From Trichoplax adhaerens (taxonomy: Eukaryota > Animalia > Placozoa): 64,000 nucleotides of DNA. Under the pieces are notes generated by a model, which saw only the letters and a list, made by a program, of their open reading frames with translations, was not told the origin of the DNA and made no database searches. The position numbers and the translations under genes were made by a program. Of the stretch, positions 53,395-64,000 are shown one piece after another (position 1 is the stretch's first letter; each line of letters starts with the position of its first letter). Where the stretch lies: positions 1,173,830 through 1,237,829 of the forward strand of contig NW_002060943.1 in assembly GCF_000150275.1 (NCBI RefSeq), read 5' to 3'.

Positions 53395-54910
53395 GATGAA
53401 ACTTGAATAAATCGGTTAATTCGTAGCCCCAATCTTGTACACTTATGCAAAGTGATATCGTTTCGATATCGTTCAAAGGGAACTCTACCGCTGAATTAAA
53501 GTTTAATATCTAGATCTTTATTGCTATACTACGTATTTTTAACAATGGTATTAAGTTAGGGTTTTCAGAATCTTGCTCTTCATTTCTTGATCCATGTTGG
53601 TATTTATTGTCGAAGTAAGTAATTCGATATCAAACTTGAAGATGTAATCAGAGCTGGCAGTTGTAGAACTGGCCCCATTTTCGAGTTTAATATACAATAG
53701 TCTTCCCGTTGGTGATGACTAAGTTCATAGGCGGTTGACAATATGGTCCGTGTAAATTGAATTATTTCTACATCAGACAGTATTGAATTTATGTAAATAG
53801 TATGGAGCTGTTGTACTACTTTACAGAAAGTTATGAAAGTTATGTAACCTAAACGCTAAAAATACTCACATTAGTCTATCATATACTTATACTATGTCAA
53901 TAACATGCTTATTCTGGCAGATTCTTCGATTTATTTCCAGGGTTTATTAAAACCTAGACTGATCGGTACTAATACATCACGCTATGAAAATTGACTACGC
54001 AGGATTGGTATGCAATTGTTTCTAATGCATCGATTCTCTTTACTGTAGAATGAATTATTTATATGCCAAGCTGACAGACTGTTCAATCTGTTTACAGGCT
54101 TTATTACGATGAAACCTCATATTTTGAAATTAGTGTCATAAGCATGACATTCATATAGAATTTTCGCCTTGCTACTAGAACTTATGAATTTGGCTGATAC
54201 AAACGTGTTGTCTAATTTTATTTTCAACGATAACTGAAGTTAGGCCTGCTTACCATTTATTATCATTGCTTTTAAATAAACATATTTATGGTATTCAAAA
54301 TCATTATTTATTCGCTACAAGGTCTATGAAATTACGCCATAGTCATTTATATTCCATCTTAAGTTCATACTACTCTATTTAAGACAGATATTCCATTTAC
54401 TTCTAAGATTTATTAAAATCAGACTGACTTACTTCAATATTTTATGCTATGAAATCAATAAATTCCATTTCGACAGATTATATCCTTTAGTTTTGAATTT
54501 TATTAGAATTAAATTGATTGGTTTCTAACCTTTACACTCTGAAATTAATACGATAATACGTGGATATGCGTATCAATTAATTTGTTTTCAAATTATCTTA
54601 AGATTAGACTAAAGGGTACTTCTTATCTATGCTACAAAATGATACACCATTCCGAAAGATTTATTTTTTCAGCCCTACAAAAATTAGGCTAAGAAATAAT
54701 AATAATCTACATTGTGAAAATAGTATTACGAATATGCTGTTTGGATAGTGAATGATTATATTAATAATTATCAAATAGCAAATATGTCGAAGTATTGCTA
54801 TTCTAGTTGATCTTAAAAATTATAAGTTAAATTAGCTATTAGTTAGATGTGACATTTGCTTTTTAATGTATAATATCACTATAGGAAGTACTTGTTCTAC
54901 TGTATTATAT

Positions 54911-54937
54911 TAGATAAATAGATAGATAGATAGATAG
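54911..54937. repeat. (GATA)n microsatellite
   Basis: tagataaatagatagatagatagatag. Confidence 0.85.
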
Positions 54938-56389
54938 TGTTTGATGCTATTCATATATAATTCTGTCAAGATCTGTAGGTTTAAAGTCCACTATTATAAC
55001 TCTCCATTCACAGCTGTCTCAATCACGAGCTGTTCATAAATGAATCGGCAATTTTTTTACGTCATGTTTCCAGACCAAGGTGATTATTGATTTGTAAAGC
55101 AAACTCAATGATCGCATGTATGACTAAGAAATTGGGACATAGGTTTTTCTTCTTGTGTAAACACTTGATCTTATTTATGGGAAATATGCTAAAGGAATTT
55201 ATTTACTTATATCTCTTATATCTGCTAGTATGAATTGAGCGTGCGTATGTTGATAGGTTCTACCTGCAAAATGAATATAAAGGGCAACAACGTAATACGG
55301 CAGTCAAGATAATATTAATTGACTTGCATAAATTAGTTGCATGATTTTGGCGTAAGTTTTACCGATAAGTGCGTTATTCTATCTACTTTTCATACCTGAC
55401 CTTGCATTGATAACTTAAGATACAGTACTAGAATATATCAATATGTTACAATTTTCTGTCGTCTACATATAAAGCGATCGAAAAGTAAAATCTACGTATA
55501 GTATTTGTACGTGCTCAGTTATACGTTATGTAACTGCGTTGGGATGAGATTTAATATTATTTTGTAGGTATCAAACATGTCAGCCACCGTTACTCTTCGA
55601 TCAGATTATTTGTGTGTATAAATCGATCAGTTTTTAAGATTGCCATATTCGAAATGATATCCTAATTATGCAAAAATGATTTGAATTTTACAGTTTATAA
55701 CATCGAATCGGTCATAAATATTGATCAGGTTCAAGTTAACATTTTATTTAAAAGTTAGGAGTAAGTAAAAAATTTAAGATATCAAAACATAGGTAAGTCG
55801 ATCGTGAAAGATATCGTCAAATTTTAATGATATCATGAATTACTTAATAAATTTCAAATCAATTTTCCTAGTTACCAAAGAAGCAATATGAAAAGATATT
55901 AATATCATGCACCGTAGGACTAAAATAATCTTATCAATTGAATATTGCAATTTTATGCAGTGCTTTCACAAAACATGAGTTATTTATATTCTAACTATTA
56001 TTATAAAAGACTTCTAGCCTAACAAGATTAAAGATAAAATCTATCTTGTATCATCTTAGCTCAGACAGCTAATGTCTATATCTCAATTTGATAGGAAGAG
56101 ATTAGAAGTCTGTAATATTTTAAAGACTGCATCGACTTGTGTAAATCTCGTTGTGGCTTATGAAAAATTATGTTAAGTCATTAGAGGAGAAATGAAATGC
56201 GAATTACTTTCCTATTTACTATCGTCTAAAATTGAACTAGTTAAAACAATTTTAAGAAATATGAATGTACGGATAAAAGGTCTAAAGTTGATTCGATTAA
56301 TAAATTTCATACGCAGGTCCTGATAGCTATCTTATTGTTTACGCTAAGGAATGTAATATGAACGAAAGAGGAGATCGTAATCTTCATCT

Positions 56390-59300
56390 TTAGCATTGGT
56401 GCTAGTGTAACAACAAAACAGAAAGCAATTTAATCGGCTTTTGTCTTTCCTAAAATCTACATTATCTGTTTTCACAGACTAATTAAATTTAATAACTATT
56501 TTAGCTTACCTCCTGTCCATCGTCATCGTCATACGCTGTTGTTGGAGCTAATACAGTAATAAAATAGAAAACAAAGTAATCAGTCATTATTAACTACAAG
56601 AATTATTTTATTGTCATCACGTCTTAAGGGAAATTCAACCGCTAGAATAATATTTTTGATATTTCAATAATTCTTTTATACTCACATTTTCTACCAGTTA
56701 ATAACCCTTGATCAGGAGTAACAGATCTTTGCCTGCAAGTAAATTAATCAATAGCTGAAATTATATGAACATTTTGCAGGATAATAGTAATCATCGTCAA
56801 CGTATGTTTTCTATCTACTTACGTTTTTGCTTTGCTATGGCGAAACCATAGATAAACAAACCCAATGATAAGTAAGACAGCTATGATTGATCCTATAGAG
56901 ATACCAACAATTGCACCAGCTAGGATATGTAAAATGAGTAATATAAGTATCGAAGGTACTATAATAGTCCATATTTATGATTATAACGACATTAAAAACT
57001 AAAGAGAGTCATTCACTTTTTCTATTAATACCAGTAAAACTATTGACTTACATGATAGCGGAGTACTGCCTTGTACGCATCTACTTCCAACTGGTCCTGT
57101 AGTCGTACAACTGAAATATCAAAAATATAGAATCTTAAAGTTTAATTCTTAGATTAAGGATAACAATAAAACCGATCTTGATTACTGTTAATTAGTAGCA
57201 ATAAAGTAGATTAGCTTGAAACCATCGATTTTAGTATATATGCTGTCAAAAAATCTAAACTAGTTATATAAACTTACTTGCATCTAGGCGCGTTATTGAC
57301 TACATAGCATGTTCCTTGGCCAAAACAGTAATTTGGTGTACAAACCACTAAGTCAAATATCATAAATTAACCGTTAGATCTACTAAACAAGAATCCGTAT
57401 TCATCTCCTTTAATTATAACAGAATTAAACAAAGCTTTTTGATATGAAAAAGCTGTAGCTATGCTGTTCTTACAGGTGCAATTTAATTTTCCATCACCAA
57501 TATATCCATTCTTGCATTGACATCGATATGAGCCAGCAGTGTTGATGCAATTTGAATTTTGATGACATGGAGATGCTGATTTCTGGCATTCGTTAATATC
57601 TGTAATTATGAAAGGTACATCGTGTCAAATATTGAACTATATGTAAGAAATTACTTCATGTTAAGCAGTACCTGTTAAGCTACAGCATATAATAAAGCGC
57701 TATATTATTATGCTAAAATATATCATTCTTGCTTAGCTAGCTTATCCACTATTTACAGCTAAAAAGAAGACTTAATTATAGAAAAATGTAATCAACTATT
57801 AATTGCTGCTTACCGATACATTGTTGAAGTGTTGCATTAAATTGATACCCAGCTGAGCAATTGCAAGTATAAGAGCCGATAGTATTTATACATTGCTGAT
57901 TTCCGACACAGGAATTATCTTGAGGGTTATTACATTCGTTATAATCTGAAAATAAAATGTGATAATAAATTTTATCGTGATATAACCGATATTATAACTA
58001 ATAGGGAATATCATATAATTTATTTCTAGATAAAGAGCTAAATTATAATAAATCGACTCCAAAATTTAAATTATCTGTATATATTTAGGAGAACTTTAAT
58101 TCTAACTGTATAGAACGTTTTTCGTCTATTACATTATCTCGAAGTTAGCATAAATATTATTTCTTAAATTTATAAGCTGAAGCTAACTGTGCTATCTTAA
58201 CCTACCAGTGACATTAACACTTTGCACTACATAGCTGCTAACAGCTCCTGTCTGGATAATATTTTTCAATAGAGTTGTTCCTTGGGTGTAATTCTTTAAG
58301 ACCGTAACGATACAATCAGCAATAATACTGCCTTGTCTGAATATAGATATATATTATAATTAGTGATCTTTTAGTGCTTTAATAAATCTTAATAATTTGA
58401 AAAATTAATAGTAGAAGGTATTGATTAAATTTTTATCTAAAAATACCATTAATTTGTATAATTTAAATTAAATATCTAAATCGAATAGATTTACCTGAGA
58501 TTAGTAACAGTAACAACTTTGACTTCGTTCGACGTCAGCGAGTTATTTTGATATGCTGATAAAATCTGTAACATTGTATCATTAATAAGTTTTAGTCTCG
58601 ATAGCTATTATAATATTTGTGGTATTGTAATTGATTAAGGCGGTCAAGACAAGAGTTATGCTTAAATGCTGGTTATAAAACATATATCATCTTTTTACGT
58701 AGAAAAGATTTGAGTGATACTACAAACATTAGAATACTTGTATAAAGTTATCTGCGTATAAATAAAAGAGTAAATATTGCTCATGTCATACGAATAGTTA
58801 CTTACAGCAGCTTGTAATTTAGATATTTCGTTTTTATAAGCGGCGCTATTTTTATCGTTAAATTGAGCATTAAATGTTGCATCGATTCTGACGGTAAGTT
58901 CGTAAGCAGTCTCTTCTACTCAGTTAAAAATTAACAAATGGCATTAACGGGATCTTTGTAGTTGATGTAAGCGCAGATTAGTTTACTCGATTATCTGCAC
59001 CCTAACATAATATCAATTTTAGCAATTACTTTGACAACTATTTCCGTTTAACATATTTGAGGAAGATGATGTGGAATAAAATCCAGGCTTGCATTGACAG
59101 TTGTATGATCCAGCAGAATTAAAGCAATTGGCATTATTGCCGCATGTACTGCTGCTACTGCATTCATTTATGTCTGTAACGTATCAATAATACGAGGTAT
59201 AAATTATTTGCACAACCGTCTAACTTTAATAATGAGTTATTTTTCTTTGGAATTGGCCAAGCGTTAAACTTCCTAGTAATTAGTGAAAATCTATCTTACC

Positions 59301-62300
59301 GGTACAAGTCTTGCCATTTCCTGTATAACCTGAATTACATGAGCATGTATAAGATCCAGGTGTATTTTGACAGCTGGCATTGGAATGGCAAGGATTGGAT
59401 GTACTACATTCATTTATATCTACGAATGTCATCGAATAGATAAGTATTCTTTGAATATATTAGCTATCGATATAACTGTAATGACTAATGCATTTATGTA
59501 TATAATGTATACGGCTGAAATTTACGCAAATTTTTTATTGAAATAAAAAGCTTCCAGTAACATACCAGAGCATGTTTTTCCGTCTATGTTAAGTGTATAT
59601 CCGCTTGGGCATCCGCATTGATATCCACCGATTATGTTGTTACATAACATTTGACATGTAGCTGTCTTATCTGCACATTCATCACGATCTATGGAGTATT
59701 GAATATTCCGCTGTTAGAACTAGCTCATTATCACAATATTAGTATATATTTTTATGCTAAAATGTAGAAATGATTTTTCATCAAGATTGATGATAACGAT
59801 ACTGACGGTGAACAAAACCGATGGATTATAAACTTCATAATTGTTACCTGCGCAATTTACGCCATCGGACTGCAATACATATCCATTCTTACATGCACAT
59901 TGATCTTTTCCGTTGATATAAGTACAGGACTCAGAACAGTTATTATTGCTACTACAGGCGGTTGCCGCTATAATAAGTTGTAAAAGCAAAGTTTCGATAC
60001 ATTAGCTCGAAATACCTTGAAGATTAATCTATTAACTGTGTTATGCGTAAACAAGAACACGTAACATATAATTTGATACATTACATGTTAAACGTTATGA
60101 AAATTATAATTACAAGCAATTCAATACTGTTAAAAGAATTTACGGTACAAGCTACTTCAAAGAACTCGAAGGAAATACTTTTTAAAGGTTCTTTACATTT
60201 ATGATAGCAAGGATATGCAATGGTAGGCTTCATAATAGACGGTACCTGTGCACGTTTTATTATCGCTGTTGAGGTTAAATCCAAAATTACATGAGCAGAT
60301 ATAGCTGCTATTGGTATTGGTACAGATTTGGCCACAGATCTGTGAGTTCTTGAAGCATTCATCAATATCTGTGGGTATCATAATAAAAATTGATGAGTAC
60401 TAGTTTTGATATGCTATCAAATCATTTACTATTATGCTATTTTGCATGAAAGGACTTGGTTAGGAAATTTATTCCAGATATCTACTGTAATTACTATGAA
60501 AAAAAAAGTTATAATTCAGTAAGGCATAAAAGTGATTGATATGAATCCTACCCGTGCAAGTCCTTCCGTCAGAATTTAATTGATAACCAGATTGACAATC
60601 GCAGGTATAGCCTCCGACAGTATTGACACAGACTTGCTGGCAATTGTTTGTGGCTGAACTAGCGCATTCATCGAAATCAGAGCACAATATACCATCTCCT
60701 GTATAACCTTGTGGGCAACTGCCGCATGTATAACCGGTTAATGGAGCTACATTATCTGTGCAAGTTACATTCTCGTAGCACGGGAAATTAGCGCAGCTAT
60801 CAAAGTCGACAGTACAATGATCTCCATTCCATCCAGCAGAGCAAATACACGGCACTTGAGATACGCTACCATCTTCTACGGTTTCTCCACTATTAGCAGA
60901 AGCAAAGCGCGTTTAGCATGGTAGATATTATTTACAGATGTTAAATGCAATCTAGTTCTGTTTTAAGACATTGAAATATATTTTTGCTCTAACTGAATTA
61001 GTGAATATGGTTAATAACTTACGTGTAGTCGCAAGTACCACCATTAGCGCAATAGCACATGATAATTTGTGCAGGACTGTAGATACTGGCTGCGTTCTTA
61101 GAATCTTTGGCCACAATTTGGATGCTAATATTGGTGTAAGTACTAACATTCCAAGTAAATTGATAAGTTGTAGGATTAAATGATGCGCCTAGAGGAGCGC
61201 TATCTGCAGTAACAGTCACAGTATCGCCAGTATTAGGATCAGACACGCTTAATGCTGTAGTGTAGACTTTTCCATAGGTAACATTTAGTGTAGTAGGTCC
61301 AGTAATAACAGGTGGGAAATTTTCTGTTGGAAGACAAAATCAGTATACAGTAATATCATTTAAATATATTAATAAAATTGCTAGATGTAATATTACAGAA
61401 GAAATTAAATAATTAGAAAAATGATGGGATATTTTACCTGCTTCATTTTCCGCTTCTTGGTAGCCGTCAGCTGTCTCTTTACCTTGTACAGCTAATTCTA
61501 CATTTAGAGTTTGACTAGCATCATACAAGCATGGGATATTGTTACCACATGAACTTAATGCTTGTTGATATAAGTCATTATCGCCACCGAACAAGGCAGT
61601 AATATTATCCGAAAATAGCGGTAGAAAGTCGGGATCCGTGAAGTTTTGATATGTTGTTCCAGGAGGATAAGTGAATAATGATTGAGTTTCATTAATTTTC
61701 CCTAATAATAGTAAAACGTAAAAGTATCGTAGTGATGATTCAAAATACTTGTTTTATTTGAGTTGTAATACGAAATTATAGAATTACTATGAATTGAGAT
61801 TAAAACTTACATTTCTCTCCGAAATCATAATAAATTTCGAATTCAGTAGCATTAATTAAAATCTTACTGCCATCGGGACGTGTAAAATCATCGTTCATAT
61901 TGCCGTTCCATACACCAAGCAAACCCTTAGAATTACCTTGCAAAGAAGCTGGAGCGTTGACTGCTATACTGATTAGACCAGGTAAGACAGTGACTTCTAA
62001 GCTGGCACCCGATGAAAACGCAACAACTAACGATCCATTTTGAGATAGGGCTAAGTCGACGTTATTATATTCACGAGTTTCATTTTGACTTAAATCGTTT
62101 AATGTTAAAGGTATGTTGCCATTGACGAGAATATCTAGGCCGTTATTTTGATCATTGAGAGTTGCTTGGATAACATCTGAATTATTCTGCTTAGCAGCAA
62201 AAGCCGAAAATACGGTAGCTTTAGCTGAACGTGTACCATTAATAAGAGCTTGAGATGTTCTAGCCTGTACGTCAACATAATTATTTTGTAAATTGAGTAG

Positions 62301-64000
62301 TTGGTATTCTCCTAATCCGTTAAACGTGTATTGTTTTCCGTCCATAGTTCTAATATGAGGATCGCCCCAGAACCAGGCTATAGTGTAAGTAAATTTTAAT
62401 AAAATTAAATTCGATTAGAATTGATCATGAAATTAAATGGATGTACTTTGAGTTCAAATAGATCTAATTAACGCTTAAATAGGTGGATAATCTTAATATT
62501 TGTATGTGTAATTTTACTTGACCTATATCACAAGTTATTTATAGTCTTCCTAACACTAGCTGATAGACTTGATGTAAAATAAAAGCTAAATCTCTAATGG
62601 TGTATTAGCAGACTATAAGAATATCACTTGAATAAATGAATGTAAATTTATTGTCTAACTTACTTCTTCTTGGTGGTCGATAGCCTCGACAAGTACCGCT
62701 ATCTCTCTTACGATAGTATAGGAAACATAATCGTGAATTGATACAACAATTCTGATAGGCCTCTTTATCTGTATCTCGTAATTGTTTATTGGCATATGTT
62801 AGAGTTCCACCGCTAGGCGATCCAGTAATTAAAGCTCCGAAACGTCGGAAATTAGTTGTATAACAGCATACACGATGCATCTAAGTTCAACAAATATTCC
62901 GTTAAATTTAAATATAATCACCAGTTGATTTACTAATTATTCTTATATTACATGAAAACTATCGGCTGTTAGAGATAGTATAATATTTATCGGAGAAAAT
63001 CTTAACTTACCCTCGTGTTACCTCCACCTTGTGTTGGAGATGAAAATCTAGATTGTGCGCAAGGATAACGTGCTACACTACCCCACCAGTTAAATCGACG
63101 ATCAAACCATACTTGCCACCAAGTACATGGACATGGTGAAGGCATATATCGATTATAGTACGAGATATGATTCTGCTGGTAGTACCATGATAAACATTTC
63201 TGTACGTAATTAATGTGGAAGGTATCAGGATCTAAACGGAATGCCCATTTACCAGTCATGCCAGTATTTCCAAGTAATGAATCAATCTTGAGAATATTAC
63301 GATAGCCAGATAAAGCAATTTCATGATGGATATTTGTACTGCCCGTGATATATCCAACGCGAGCACGTAGACCGTAGAATCTTCTCCACCATTGCATTCC
63401 GTTAACTTCATAGTTATATAAGGCGAAAGTATTCTCACCATTGCTAACCAAGACTAATTGGAAGGTGTTGGTCTAATGATAGAAGTTCATAAGAGATGTT
63501 TTGTTCAGTATAATAATGACTATTCAAACTGTTATTATCTATACTATGCACTAAATTATACATAACATAAAATTACTATCATTACAAGTACGATAAAATT
63601 GATACTTACGAAGCCGAATCTACCGTAATAGCTGGCAGGATAAGGTACCATATCGGTCCAAGTAATGACAACAACATGTTTGGCATTAAAATTATTAACA
63701 GTATGATGATAAAGGCCGAATTTGGCTTTCAATTGTGAGCTTGTCCAATTACTATGAAGCTTGAGTTGTGATTGGAATTGATCAACATCGGTTGTAGCTC
63801 GACTAAGGATCGATTGAGACGACGTAGAGCTATCAAAATTACTATATTCACGGTAATAAACACGGGATTTTGTAATATTGTGATGTCTCATATCGTTTCC
63901 GCTGAAGAATGGTGCCACCAATGGAATGTTGTAATAACGGAATGATGATGGATAATAGTAGCAATGCGAAAAATGGAATGTGACATAACCACTGGAACAG
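56390..64000 (-). CDS. MUC4/SUSD2-like transmembrane mucin-related protein (NIDO-AMOP-vWD-Ig/cadherin-like-EGF repeats-SEA-EGF-TM); 5' end outside the window
   Basis: Over 20 GT-AG exons. NIDO: LVAPFF, VVVITW, NTFQLVLVSNGENTFALYNY, SLLGNTGMTGKWAFR. AMOP: PCPCTWWQVWFDRRF, CCY, YQNCC..C.LYY.KR...C.GYRPP. vWD: WFWGDPHIRTMDGKQYTFNGLGEY. Then an NFPPVITG..DPNTGD domain, many Ca-binding EGF exons (DIDEC/DINEC), SEA exons at ~58917-58206 (QGSIIAD) and a TM exon at 56919-56823 (GAIVGISIGSIIAVLLIIGFVYLWFR). The last exon and stop (~56390-56404) are uncertain. Confidence 0.88.

Overview
AT-rich, intron-containing eukaryotic (early-branching animal) genomic DNA. The compact GT-AG introns, gene content and a 50-N scaffold gap are consistent with a placozoan such as Trichoplax, but this is an inference. 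I can reconstruct seven protein-coding genes by hand: single-exon MRPL37 (-), head-to-head with a 5-exon CXorf65/C22orf15-family gene (+) that the ORF track misses; a Dscam/Sidekick-like Ig+4xFN3 single-pass receptor with a 9-kb first intron (+); a 15-exon GABA-B-type class C GPCR (+); LRRC58 (-); a divergent SLC7 cationic amino acid transporter (-); and the 3' part of a MUC4/SUSD2-like NIDO-AMOP-vWD-EGF-SEA membrane mucin (-). The most striking unexplained signal is around LRRC58, whose vertebrate orthologue is the cysteine-responsive E3 adaptor for CDO1. Its single 1.76-kb intron is densely structured on the sense strand and holds a candidate poison exon. The acceptor of that exon is looped out by a 16-bp stem, its donor GU is buried in a hairpin, and a perfect anti-5'-splice-site (U1-like) tract lies downstream. 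The LRRC58 leader carries uORFs, and a GC-rich, hairpin-dense island at 48.1-48.9 kb looks like an unannotated ncRNA. TACAGTA/TACTGTA motif clusters mark the housekeeping-type promoter regions.
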